A DNA stretch of 64,000 nucleotides, taken from NCBI RefSeq assembly GCF_004010195.1, contig NC_057716.1:15080373-15144372 (forward strand), in the 5' to 3' direction. The position numbers and the translations under genes were made by a program. The stretch's first letter is position 1, and every line of letters starts with the position of its first letter. Under the pieces are notes generated by a model, which was not told the DNA's origin, did not search any database, and saw only the letters and a list, made by a program, of their open reading frames with translations. Source of the stretch: Chiloscyllium plagiosum. Lineage: Eukaryota. Shown here piece by piece: positions 25,405-38,049 of the stretch.

Positions 25405-25790
25405 TTAGAGTGATAGAGTTATAGAGATGTACAACACAGAAACAGACCCTTCAGCCCAACTCGTCCCTGCTGACCCGATATCCTAACCTAATCTAGTCCT
25501 GTTTGCCAGCACTTGGCCCATATCCCTCTAAACCTTTCCTATTCATATACCCATCCAGATGCCTTAATTGTACCAGCCTCCTCCACTTCCTCTGGCAGCT
25601 CATTCCATACACACACCACCCACTGCATGAAAAAGTTGCCCCTTAGGTCCCTTTTAAATTTTCCCCCCTCTCACCTTGAACTGGAATCCCCCACCCCAAG
25701 GAAAAGACCTTGTCTATTTACCTTCTTCATGCCCTTCATGATTTTATAAACCTCAATAAGGTCATCCCTCAGCCTCCAAAGCTCTAAGGA
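25405..25790 (-). mobile_element. CR1 LINE 3' fragment
   Basis: Homologous to 7255-7646. Confidence 0.85.
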
Positions 25791-27371
25791 AAGCTACACC
25801 GCCAAACGTTCTAATGGGCCTTTCACTTAACGATCCAAATTTGCATGAATTAGTGACACAATATAAATCTTCAATGGAATGTTCCAAACCCACTAGCTGC
25901 TGTAACGGTGTTTGGATTGTGCATGTTCAGTAATGAGATCTGTGGAACAAAAAAATAGACTCCGAAGGCCACAAGGACTGAAGGAAAGTCTGCTGGGGCT
26001 TCACAAGATTACAATAGTGCATTGAGAGATAAAGTTCTCATCAGCTCTTGGAAGAATTGTGGTGGGTTGTGACACTGTGCTGGCATGGAAAAGTACTGAC
26101 CTGGAGGAGTTGGAGATCTGAGGTTGTTCTGTACCTGTGGGGATGCCACTTCCACAACGCCCATCTCAGTGCTTGCATTGGTCCTTTCATAGAATCAGAG
26201 GTCTATGACCCAGCCCAGAGATGCTGCCGCCTCAGAGGATGCCTCACTTTCCCTCACTTCTGGTATGTCTTCAAATACTTTACCTTACTTCAGTTGAATC
26301 TTCAACTCAGGAATGCATCTAGGTATTTTCTTCCCATTTGGTTGTTCAATCGTAACTAATGGTCACTATTGTTCCCTCATGTATCTTCAAGTTCCTCTGA
26401 GAGAAAGGTTGTCCACCTTGGACTTGTATCTCCACTACTGCTAACACATTGCGTTTCTGCTCTCTACATAAAGCTCAGGCCAGACTTCTTGGTACCTGTT
26501 AAATAGTGTTAATTGATGGACTGTACATGATGGTAAGGCTACAGCAGTTAACTCTGTGCTGTACAAGTTCCTATAACGTAGGAGAGTACAACTGAGAACA
26601 CAATTCATTTCAAGATATATTAATTTAACTTTATCTGTACTCTATCTATTTCAGTCTTAAAGTTCAATACAGTCTACAGTGTTTAATTGTCTGTTAGCTG
26701 TTGACTGCTCATTGTGTTTGGTTAATTCAGCCTGGAGTGGTAAATCAAAAGCAAAACCAATTAAACTGAGGCAAGCAGATGGAAACATGACAGCAGACAT
26801 TTTAGACCATTAAATAAAATTCTGCTCAGATATATAACCTGGAGTGTGCCACTTTTACATATCTGCAAAGCAGAAAACATAACTGATCCAACACCAGAAC
26901 ACTTTGAAGAAGAGAGTTCCTGGATTTTATTAACTTTTTTATTGAGAAAGTGATTCCTGATCCTGCACCTGAACAGTTCTCTGTAATTTAATGATTTGAC
27001 TACATTTTATCACAGCCCAGAGAAAATAATTTCTCTGTATCCAACCAAGCAAATCTCTTTATCACATTAACTGCCTCAATCTGATCACTCCTCAGTCCTC
27101 TATACACAAGAGAACATAACCTACCTCTCCTGGCACAGGCTTTATATTTCAGCTGTACCTTTATGTTGAGCATTAATATGGGAGAGTTAAAAATAAAATA
27201 AACGTAAATAGACTGGAGTTGGTGATGGTGGATATCAGAGCTCCACTGTATTCCAAAGTACATATCCTATGTTTTCTGAACTTGCTCTTCCTATTTTCCC
27301 ATCTGTAAACCCCAGGCAGATAGAAAATTGGGAAAGGTATAAAATTTAATTCAGTTTAATAATCACAGATT

Positions 27372-27672
27372 TAAGAATGCATACAGTGTGGAAAAAGATC
27401 AGTTGGCCCATCAAGTCTGCACTGGCCCTCCAAAGAGCATTACACACAGACCCAGCACCCTCACCCTGTCCATGTAACCCCGCATTTCCAATGGCTAACC
27501 CACCTAGCCAACCTAGCTGGACACCATGCCAATTTAGCATGGCCAATCCACTTAACCTGCACACCTTTGGATTGTGGGAAGAAACTTGAGCACCCAGAGG
27601 AAGCCCATGCAGACATGGGGAGAATGTGCAAACTCCACGCAGACAGTGCTAACCACTGAGCCACAGTGCCAC
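27372..27672 (-). mobile_element. HE1-type SINE
   Basis: Reverse-complement head and core (GCTAACCACTGAGCCACAGTGCC). Confidence 0.75.
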
Positions 27673-28414
27673 CCCAGGGCAATGTATTACCTGAGGAGGT
27701 CACACATGCTCACTGCAGGCAGGCATTGTTGATCCATCTTTATTGACATATCCAAAACAGAGAAGGCAGTGAAGAGAATAATATAACAGACTGCTAAATT
27801 TTGCAATGAGAATGAATTGCTGTTGAGTAACAATGAACATTGTTGCCTAGGTGAGTGTTGAGAATGAGGCTATCAAATTGTTAAATGTATGGACATCCTC
27901 TCAAACCCTAGGACTGACTCTGAAAAATCTCATAGGTTTTTGGGACCTTTCACAAGATGTACAGTCAATAACTAAACCCTCAGTGACTAATATTGACATT
28001 GGCTAAGATTCTACTCTCAGTGGGAGTAAATGGCCTTGCGCCAGGGTAAGCCATCACATGCTGATGATGAATTAACTCAATCTCAAGAGAAGGAAAGGGG
28101 CACTCAGATCAGAGATTAATAGTTGCTTAAAAACAATTCTCTTTTCTCTTTCCTTTATCCATATTAAGGTTTACAATCAGGAAAAGGTCATGTTTGGAAA
28201 AACTTAGTCAGTTATCTGTACTGCATTGATGTGTGAATAATCATCCTTGAGTTAGAAACATATTGGATTGGATGATATTTGTGAAGTGAAGAAGCTTTTT
28301 CTGAAGGCTCTATTACATAGCTGCTGAAGGAGATCAAGGAGTAGCATCGCTGGCAGAAATGCAAAACTATTTCAATTTCAATGATTCAGTAACAAAGTGA
28401 TCCTTTATTTAAGA

Positions 28415-29810
28415 AAGGTTGAAAGGACAAGCCCGAGGAACTACAGGTCAGTGATTCTGACATCAGTGGTGGGAAAGTTGTTGGAGAGGGATTCTGAGAG
28501 GTAGGATTTACATGCATTTTTAAGAGACATGGACTAATTAGGGATAGTCAGCATGGCTTTGTCCATGGGAAGTCATGTCTCGCAAGCTTGATTGAGTTTC
28601 TTGAGGATGTGACCAAAAGGATAAATGAGTGCAGGGAGGTAGTTGTTGTCTACATGGACTTTAATAAAGGTGCCACATGATAGACTGGTAGGGAAAGTTA
28701 GATCACATGGAATTCAGGGAGAGCTTACCAATTGGATACAAAATTGACCTGAAGGTAGGAGACTGAGGGGGGTTAGTGGAGGCTTGATTTTTAGACTGGA
28801 AGCCTGTGACCAACGGTGTTCCACAGGGATCCGTACTGGGACCACTTTTGTTTGTCACTTACGTAAATGATTTTGGTGAAAATTTAAGAGGCATGGTTAG
28901 TAAGTTTGCAGATGATACAAAATTGGTGGTAATGTATAGTGGACAATAAAGAAGATAATCTAAGATATCAAAGGGATCTTGACCAATTGACCACTGGGCT
29001 GAGGAGTAACAGATGGAGTTCAATTTGGATAAATGAGAGGTTTTGCACTTTAGTTAAACAAACAAGGGCATGACTTATGCAGTTCATTGGTGGTGTTGCC
29101 CAATGGAAAAGTTTCAGGTATGTAGCTTTTTCAAAGTTGCATCACAAGTAATCAGGGTGGTTAAGAAGGGGACCTTAAGGCAGTTAAGAAAATGCTTACC
29201 TTCATTGGTCAGACCTTTGAGAATAGGAGTTGAAAGGTCATGTTGGGGCTGTACAAGACATTGGTGAGGCCACTTTTGGCATATTGTGTCCAGTTCTGGT
29301 AGCTCTGCTATAGAAGAATATTATTAAGTTGGAGATGGTGCAGAAAAGATTTACTATGAAGTTCCTGGGAATGAAGGATGTGAGATATAAGGAGAGGTTG
29401 GATAGGCTGGGACATTTTACATTGGAGCATAGGAGATTGAGGGGTGACCTTATAGAGGTTTATAAAATTATGAGGGGCATAGATAACGTGAATAGCAAAG
29501 GTCTTTTCTCTAGGGTGGAGAGTTCAAAACTAGAGGATATATTTTTAGGGCAACAGAAGAAAGATTTAAATGAGGCATGCGGGTCACTTTTTCAGGCAGA
29601 GGGTGGTTTGTATGTGGAATAAACTGCCAGAGGAAGTGATTGATGCACATGCACTTGCAAAATTTAGAAGATAGTTGGACAACTACATGGATAGTAAAGG
29701 TTTAGTACATTATAGGGAGAATACATGCAGGTGGGATTATCTTAGCTTAGAAAACTTGGATGAGTTGGAGTGAAGGGTCTGTTTCTGTGCTGTCTGACTC
29801 TATGACTTTA
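28415..29810 (+). mobile_element. 5'-truncated, decayed CR1 LINE
   Basis: Collinear with 4321-5744 (NYR.., GVPQGSVLGP, KFADD, RGDLIEVYKIMRG); many stops. Confidence 0.92.
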
Positions 29811-30884
29811 TCATCAAGAGTCTAATTGACATCAAACCGTGATTTATGTGGAAGAATAAAAAGACAAATTCATTCTGATGGAGAAGGGTCACTCAGGATA
29901 GGTTGAAGATGCTAGAGAATGAGATGCAAGCCACTATTCAGTTGTTGGGTTTCTCGGGGTGTCAAAAATATTCTATATTTGATGTTTGCTGTCATCATCA
30001 CAGGGCAAAACTCAGGTCTTAAAGTGATTGTCTTGCAGGGCTTTGGCCTCTGCTGTATATTTTCCTTGTGGTCAGCATTAAAGGGTCATTCTTACAAACA
30101 ATGCTTTGCTCCTAATAAATCAGTGTGTGAGCTTATGTACAAAACATCTGGGTATTGGAGCATTGCCCAGCCTGAGCTGAAACCTGTCCTGAGCTACAGA
30201 GCAGGTTAATACTTGATGCCAACACACACGTTAACATTAGAGAATAGAGCAGCTTGTACTGCTTTGACAGATATCATTCCCCCTCTTCTAGATATACCAT
30301 GTAAGATGTGACACTTCGCTAACTTTACTAATGACAGTAAGGTGGAACTGTAACTCTTATTTACATGTCTTGGTACTAATTGACTGAAATTTACATGAAC
30401 AATGACAAGATACAGCACTCAAATATAAAATTCACCTGGAGCAAGTCCCATTCAAGTTTCAGGAGTAGCTTCTGATGACAATATTAGTCATAGTCAACTT
30501 CAAACATCGTCAATGCCCTTTCCTCTGAGACGATGGTCAAATTTTCTCAATATTTGATCATTGGGCTGGTATGGAAGAAAGTAACTTAGAGGTTTATGCT
30601 CGCAAAGGCAGGTGTCACTTGCATTGGGGTTGAAAGATTATCTCAGACTTGTTAAATAAAGGCAAGAGAGACAACTGTCCTGAATGAACTGATTCCCATG
30701 TAGAATGGCGACAGACAATTTGCACATCAGCCAGAGTTCTGGCAGTCATGTGCGGCAGTAATTTCTGGGTAGGTTAATGTTTCTCATACTGGACCCTCTG
30801 GTCACATTTACAGAGTGTGGATTCTGGAAAATGCAAACTGAGTAATAAATGAAATCATGTCCACCAATAGAAACTGCTCCTGAA

Positions 30885-31198
30885 GGCGGCACGGTGGCAC
30901 AGTGGTTAGCACTGCTGCCTCGCAGCGCCAGAGACCCGGGTTCAATTCCCGCCTCTGGCGACAGACTGTGTGGAGTTTGCACGTTCTCCCCGTGTCTGCG
31001 TGGGTTTCCTCCGGGTGCTCCGGTTTCCTCCCACAGTCCAAAGATGTGCAGGTCAGGTGAATTGGCCATGCTAAATTGCCCGTAACGTTAGGTAAGGGGT
31101 AAATGTAGGGGTATGGGTGGGTTGCGCTTCGGCGGGGCGGTGTGGACTTGTTGGGCTGAAGGGTCTGTTTCCACACTGTAAGTAATCTAATCTAATCT
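30885..31198 (+). mobile_element. Intact, young HE1/V-SINE with target-site duplication
   Basis: Full head, core and (TAATC)n tail; CpGs retained; CTGAAGG at 30880-30886 and 31197-31203. Confidence 0.93.
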
Positions 31199-31772
31199 GA
31201 AGGGAAAAACAAACCAGTGGAATGCATTGAGAACGAAGGAGAAAACAGCCAAAAAAATGTAGGATCTTGAAGGGCCAGCACTGTGTTGGCAAGTTGAAGA
31301 CAGAAATTCTCTTTTGGCCTGTGGCCAACTGAGAATTTACTGCTTGGTGTAAAAGTTTTCAAATGATTACTTTGACTCTGAGACTGGTGTCTCTTACAAA
31401 CTGGGCTTTGTTAAAATCAAATGCACCTTCTTAACTCATTTCCAATAACTCAGAATTCACAACTATCACATGCTGCAAGAATTGACACCAAAAGCACATT
31501 TTCCGCAGATGGTATATGAAACACTCTAATGTCATCATCCAGGAATGATAGCTCCACTTTAATAAGATTTTGCTACGTTGTTAATTAACCAACTCCCAAG
31601 TCGGGATTTAAAACTGTGAAGTTCCAGTTCCCCAACAGCTAGCAGTTGACGTGAAGAATGTGGTCACAGTGTGTGACAGGTTGTTTTCAGCACGGTCTCT
31701 CTGGACTCCCACCCAAACAGCAAAATAACAAACAACTTTTAGAGAAACATCAGGAAATATTCTCTTTAAAAT

Positions 31773-31778
31773 TTTAAT
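31773..31778 (-). terminator. Candidate polyadenylation signal ATTAAA of B
   Basis: Homologous to the signal in A within an alignable 3'UTR. Confidence 0.45.
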
Positions 31779-31980
31779 ATGGTCCACAGAGTACAAGACA
31801 ATACACACCAAAAGGTCAAACATTTACAAACTATAGAATCTTCCAATTACAGTGAAATATACAATCAGGAAGTCCAGGTTTATATATGAACAAGTAAAGT
31901 ACAATTGATAACATCTTGTTTAATTGGAGTGAGGTCTTGTGTTAACACCAAGCTTGGCTTTACAGAAGTTTCCTTGCTGG

Positions 31981-32013
31981 TTAGTGTCGAGATCCTGAAT
32001 CACCACAGCATTC
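31981..32013 (-). CDS. B terminal coding exon (frame 0 ECCGDSGSRH*; shifted frame (R)MLW*)
   Basis: ttccag|GAA; homologous to the A and C terminal exons. Confidence 0.7.
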   Translation of the reverse strand, partial: ECCGDSGSRH

Positions 32014-34662
32014 CTGGAATGAGCAGAATGAAGACAACGATCATATTCCGATAGACTGTGTTCAATGTTTTATTGTTATAGATGATCATGAACGAGAGAC
32101 AATTCTTTGGTAGAAAATCGCAGTTTTATACTCACGTTTGAAACCTCCCGCAGTGACCAGTCTTTTGATTTGCTTGACACCTGTATTAAAAAAATCAGAT
32201 TATTGATTTAATGCCAGGAATCAATGAATCATTTTGTTATTTTTCTAATCTATTAGACCCTTCTCTGAATAACATAATTCTATATTGTGACGTTTAAAAT
32301 GACGATGCAATGTTAGCTCCTTCAATTTTGAAGTTGGAATTCAGACACTCAGTACTGGAGTGGACAACTCCTCATCAAGTATCTCTCACTCTCCAGCGCA
32401 GTGATAATCAATCCAGTTTTGGAACAGTGGTACTGTGGTATTGGTGGATACACTAATGGGGAATTAGATTGTTGATCAGTTTACATTTGCTGCATACTCT
32501 CAAGAACACAGGAACTATTGAAAAACAGGAAGTGCTGGAGAACCTCAGCAGGTCTGGCAGCATCTTTGGAAAAAGAAACAGATTTAACGCTTCAAGGATA
32601 GTATGACTCTTCTTCAAAAGCCATGCTGGACTTAACATAGCATTTCTATTTCTTTCGCCACAGCCCCTGCCAGAGCTGCTGGGATTTGCCAGCACTTACT
32701 TTCAGAATCTGCATTGTTTTAACTTTGCACTGCAATAAATATCTGATAAATCTTGAACATCTAAAAGTTGATTCCATTACATTGTTCTAGTGTGAAATGA
32801 TATTCACGAGAAAGCATAAGCATCTCTACTTAGGCTTCTCTCAAAATCCTTTGACTAGCACTGGAGAAGATTCAGCAAGATTCATGTGTTTGTCTTCCTT
32901 CCCCCTACTGAATCTGGGTGATACTAAATTCAATAAAAACACCACACAGTACTGTGACAGGCTCCACACTAAACAGAGAAATCCAATTTATTGTCGACAA
33001 TAATGTTCTGGTGAAAATCCAGATATGTACTTACGTTTGTAGACTTTTGGACGAGAGGTTTTTCTGGCTTTCACCTGAATTTAAATAGAAATGTTTTAGT
33101 CCTGGAGTAGATTTGATGAAGCACTAGTTTTAGCATCACCACTAAATCAATAACCCAAAAAAAGATTAAATAATGAGATTTTAAATTGTTAGCTTTCTGT
33201 GATGCGGTGCAATGTTTCAGTGTGGAATGGCGAAAGCTTCACCAGATATATGGACAGTTCATGGTGGAACAAACATGAGTGCAGTCCTGGTACAGTATGG
33301 TCATTGGTCAAAGTATTAATGTAATAAAATGGACAGTGTTATGTTAACCTTAGATAATAAAGACTAATTATTTCCTTGAAGAGCAACAAGCAGTAATAAT
33401 ATTTCTGCGCAGACTTATAGCCAGGAGCGGCTCTGATCTTTGTTCCACTGCAACAAGGGATCGCCGAAGGAAGAGTTTGAAGATTTGAAATACAACTTTG
33501 AGTCGGACAAATCTGAGTCTGGGATAAAATGCAAAGTCAGAGATCCCATTGCCCTGGTGAGTTTAATGGTGAGGTTACCTCGATACTGTTTTCACTGGAC
33601 TCGAAGGATCCACTTCTGCTGTCAAACGTCTTCAACCCCCGACACTCCACGTCAACGTCAACAACCTCATCCGCAAAATATTCAACATGGCTCTTGCAAA
33701 ATCCTTTCGTCTGTCAAATGCAATGGGAGAGTATTAAAGTTATTGATCACAATAGCTTTGGCAATCACTGAGGGAGTTTTCATAACATAATTCATTACAC
33801 ATTCTACTTTTTATTGTATCTCAACTAGAATGCACAACGCTTTCTACCATGTAGTCAGTAAAAATAGCCCTCTCTATGACATAAACCAAGTCATACAGTC
33901 TTTTCTATCAATATGCATCACTCTTTCTATATGATATATCGATAAACATGATCTCTAATTCAGGCCACATCGTCCTTCCTATGACATAAGATCCTTTCTG
34001 TGATATTAACATGATGGTTTGGATGTGACAATGTAATTGAGAACTTACTGCAGGCTTTTTGGTGCGGAAATAGCAGCTGGGATCATCAAATTCCAGTCCA
34101 GAATTCTTGGAGCAGACGGTTTCTTTCACAGAGAATGTTAAATCCACATTGTATGACAATTTCCCTGTGCGGTAAATCTAATGAGAGGAAAACAGTTCAT
34201 GAGTGTCTGACTGTGTCTGGTGCTCTTACTCTGAGCTGATTCACCCACAGCTTAAATGTAATATAACATTCTGCTTCTGTTTAATAAGCTGTGTGGAACT
34301 ACACTCTAATATTCTTGTAGAGTTTAGAGAGTGAAAAAGATTGAGACCAGGCCACACTTACATCCTTCACCCTTCTCCTGGTTATCCCACACAGATTGCT
34401 GGTCTCGGTGATTTGGTTCAGTTTTATAACAGACACTCTCAAAGCATCCTTAGGCCTTGGTATTCCTGTCGATAGAGAAAAGGATAAGTTGTACAAAACA
34501 TTCCATAATTGTTCAACAAATTATTTTTCCACCTCGGTGATATCTGAGGGAGTGAACCTCAATGGCAATAACTCGTTGCTTGATGAAGAGTCACTCTCTC
34601 TGGGACCTACCTGAGCAGTGGACAATCTGCACTGCAGCAATGGTGAGGAGGAAGGCTTTCAT
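31981..34662 (-). CDS. spp2: SPP2/spp24-like paralogue B (7 exons; 171 aa with cationic tail if the 40-nt exon 5 is included, stop at 32002-32000; 164 aa ending at 31981 if it is skipped)
   Basis: Exons 34662-34611, 34465-34362, 34177-34049, 33710-33579, 33074-33035 (40 nt), 32180-32136, 32013-31981. Exons 1-4 have the same sizes as in A (52/104/129/132 nt) with canonical GT-AG. Confidence 0.8.
32136..32180 (-). CDS. B exon 6, 45-nt repeat-type exon
   Basis: atacag|GTG ... AAC|GTGAGT; frame 0 VSSKSKDWSLREVSN, shifted frame (R)VKQIKRLVTAGGFK. Confidence 0.72.
33035..33074 (-). CDS. B exon 5, 40-nt frame-shifting derivative of the 45-nt repeat exon (VKARKTSRPKVYK+1 nt)
   Basis: attcag|GTG ... 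AAAC|GTAAGT; splice contexts match the repeat exons of A, but the length is not a multiple of 3. Confidence 0.6.
33579..33710 (-). CDS. B exon 4 TKGFCKSHVEYFADEVVDVDVECRGLKTFDSRSGSFESSENSIE
   Basis: 132 nt, GT-AG. Confidence 0.85.
34049..34177 (-). CDS. B exon 3 IYRTGKLSYNVDLTFSVKETVCSKNSGLEFDDPSCYFRTKKPA
   Basis: 129 nt, GT-AG. Confidence 0.85.
34362..34465 (-). CDS. B exon 2 IPRPKDALRVSVIKLNQITETSNLCGITRRRVKD
   Basis: 104 nt, GT-AG, 2 aa differences from A. Confidence 0.85.
34611..34662 (-). CDS. B exon 1: signal peptide
   Basis: Identical peptide to A exon 1. Confidence 0.85.
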
Positions 34663-34752
34663 TCTGCCTCTTGTGTGATCAGCTGGCTGCTTTCTCAGAG
34701 TAAAGGAGCTGCTTCTCTCTCTTGCTCTGCCCTTTCCTTGCTGCGTTCAGTC

Positions 34753-34799
34753 TTTATATCCTGTGCCTCCACCACAATCAAACACTGACTCATATTTAC
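34753..34799 (-). promoter_or_regulatory. Proximal promoter of B (same cassette)
   Basis: TATAAA 34758-34753; ACCACA 34771-34776; TGACTCA 34786-34792; TATTTAC 34793-34799. Confidence 0.6.
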
Positions 34800-36689
34800 T
34801 CAGTTTGGTCCTGGGCAGGGGAAGCTGCTGCCAAGTGGCTGTAACATGGGCAGAGCTTCCTCCCAGTATCGTCACCGTGTTTAGGTTTGCTGGCAATGGG
34901 TTAGTTCAGAAATTTTTCAAGGCTCCTGTCCTTGTCACAGTGAGAAGATGTGACAAATGGTTATAAAGTTATATTCCTGAAATAATAATCTAAGCATTTT
35001 GTCGAATAGTCCTAGTTCAAGAGATCAAATCTCACTATAGCATCTGGGAACTTTTATGTTTGATTCATTGGTATATGTATTGAAACAATTATATTGTCTA
35101 CAAATCCTTCAGGTTCACTCAAGTTCTTTTGAGATAGAGATCTAGTTCTCTGACCTACATGTGACTTCTGACCCACAGCAATGTGATTGGCACTTTACTT
35201 CCCATTGAAAGGGCATGAATGCAACTCACTGCTATCCTCTCAAGGTAATTCGAAATGTTGATCTTTCCAGTAATGCCCAAATCCTGGGAATCAAACAAAA
35301 AAGACAAATTTGTAGAAATTCACACTCCCTTCCCTGTAGTGAACAGAGATCTACAGAGACTGATTTTCATTTTATGTTAATGAAAATTGTAGTCGGTAAA
35401 TAGCTTGTAACGCTGTATCTTGCAATAGATGGCACTCACTTAGGCTGAAATTGCATGCAGAAGACTCACCCAGCTACTTCAGGAAGATGGAATTCTAATG
35501 CTTTGATGTCCTGACAGTGTATGATAGTAATCAGGACAATTTCCTCACCAATGTCACAGAGAATGATAGGTTCCCATAGATCAGTTTGTTAATTTTATAA
35601 ATATTTTTAAAGATTGGTTTCTATGCGGAATTTTACATTTTGTTCAAAGGAATAAAGAGGTCACACACTACCTGGAAATCGAGAAACAGATTGTCATCTC
35701 CAAATGTAGATGGTAATCATGTTGTGAAATACTAAGTTTAGGCTTTTTTGGTGGAAGAATAGTTTTCTTGACTCCACACTGTGGCCTTTTGGTCGGTTGG
35801 GACACCCTCGAATGTAAAATAAAAGGCACGCAGTCTCTTCCTGTGAGGGCCACAGGAAACTTTTAGTTCCATTTGACAAATAATTATCAAATACTGTCAT
35901 AGATATTGAAAGCCCTGAAAACATGGTGTTCCTTCATGAGTTTGTGACCAAAGGTGAAAGCCTAATGGTGACTCAAAAACATTCAGCCGGATAAGTATTA
36001 AATGGTTGGATACGTTGGAATGTCACAATTAAACGGTGCAATGTAATATAAATGCTTTTAGTGCAAAAATCCATCATAAGGATTTCTCCTGCAAAAGTAA
36101 GTTCTTCCTTTAGTTGACCTGCCTTGTGCAATTATTGTCAGGGATTACAGGAATTTTACAAATATCAGCTATAATGCATTAAAAATGCAAGGAAATAGCA
36201 TATTTTCCATTGCTGTCATATTTTGTGCTGTGATTTAAACTACTTGTTAAAAAGAAAAAGCCTTGATTTTACACATATATGGAAATCCTTGCCCATTTCC
36301 TGATAGCTCACCTGGTAGAGTAGAGTACTGTTGTGGAGCGGTTACTGATCATCATTAGGCCCCTGGTTTCCTTTCCTTTGATTGACAGGTATCCTGCTTC
36401 AAGTAGAAATGCAGTTCTGTCAGCTTCAAGCCCTGTAAGCTTCTCTTACGGAAGCTAGAGACAATTTGAATGCTTGGTTTGATTTCAAAAGCTAAAATAG
36501 AAGGATATGCTGACAGAGATGGAAGTGAATAAAGATTCAAGCGCGGTGCAAACACCAACATGTTCCTGTTGAAAGAGTGGCATCAAGCAGCCGGAGGAGC
36601 CAATGGGAATAGTTGGTAAACTCTTAACTGGCAGACATGGCACAAAGGAAGATGACTGTGGTTGCTGGATGTCAGTCATCTTTGCCAGG

Positions 36690-36970
36690 TAAAAACAAGG
36701 ACTGCAAATGCTGGAAACCAGATTCTAGATGAGAGTGTTGCTGGAAAAGCACAGCAGTTCAGGCAGCATCCGAGGAGCAGGAAAAATCGATGTTTCGGGC
36801 AAAAGCCCTTCATCAGGAATAGAGGCAAAGTGCCTGCAGAGTGGATCTCTCCACCCTGAAGGCTCTCTGCCTCTATTCCCGATGAATGGCTTTTACCTGA
36901 AACGTCGATTTTCTTGCTCCTCGGATACTGCCTGAACTGATGTGCTTTTCCAGCACCACTCTAATCTAGA
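36690..36970. mobile_element. Palindromic Penelope-derived element with ~120-bp inverted arms and flanking direct repeat
   Basis: 36724-36843 is the imperfect reverse complement of ~36851-36970; GTCAGTCATCT..GC..CAGG at 36671-36689 and 36971-36991. Confidence 0.75.
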
Positions 36971-36991
36971 GTCAGTCATCTCTGCTCCAGG

Positions 36992-37930
36992 GCATCTATT
37001 CAGAAGTTCCTCAGAGTAGTATCCACAGCCCATCCATTTTCAGCTGCTTCATCAATGACCTTCCTTCCATCATAAGGTCAGAGGTGTGTATGTTCGTTGA
37101 TGATTGCACAATGTTCAGCACCATTCGTGACTCCTCAGATATTGTGTACCCATTGGCAGTAAGAACTGGACATCCATTGGTCTGAAAATTGGCAAGCAGC
37201 ATTCATGACAAGTTCAACAAGGGAGAAACTAACCATTTCCCTTGATGTTCAGTGGCATTACTATAGCTGAATTGCCACTGTCAATTTCCTGGGGGTTTCC
37301 ATTGTCCAGAAGTAAACTGAAATAGCCATATAAATACTGTGATTACTGTGAACAGATCAGAGGCTGGTAATTCTGTAGCGAGTAACTCACCTCCCGGCTT
37401 CCCAATGATATTCTACAATCTACAAAATGTGAGTTCGGAATGTGATGAAACATTACCCACTTGCTTTAATGAATGCAGCTCCAGCAACATTCAAAAGGAA
37501 TTGACACCACCCAGGACAAATCAGTCCAGTTGATTAGCACCCCATTCACCAAAATCAAAATTCACTTCCTTCACCACGGTTACACAGTAACAGCTATGTT
37601 CATCATCTACAAGATGGACTGGAGTAATTCTCTCAGGCTCTTCTGACAGCACCTTCCAACGCCATAGCCACTACCACCTTGAATGACAAGGACAACACAT
37701 ACATGGGAACACCACCACCTCCAAAATCCCCTCTAAGCCACACACCATCCTGACTTGGAACAATGTTATGACTGTTGTGGGTACAAAATCCTGGAACCCC
37801 TCTGCCACCAGCCCCATTGGTCTACCTAGACTACAATGACTGTTGTAGCTCAAGAAAGGACACCACTGCCACCTTCTCCAGGGCAATTATGAATGGGCAA
37901 TAAATGATGGCACTGTCCCCAATGTCCACA
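36992..37930 (+). mobile_element. Decayed non-LTR LINE (RT domain to 3' end)
   Basis: VPQSS..PSIFSCFINDLPSIIRSEVCMFVDDCT is RT motif-like. Confidence 0.75.
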
Positions 37931-38049
37931 TTATATAACCAAATGGAAACAATAGACTGGAACTTATCACTCCTTTTCCTCTGTTACTCTATTCTTATAT
38001 TAGATCAATCTGTCTGTCGATCTATCCATGCAGCACATAATTGCTGTGC

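Noticed and set aside
30885-30960. tRNA-like sequence with A/B boxes
   Set aside because: It is the head of a SINE repeated many times in the window, not a tRNA gene.
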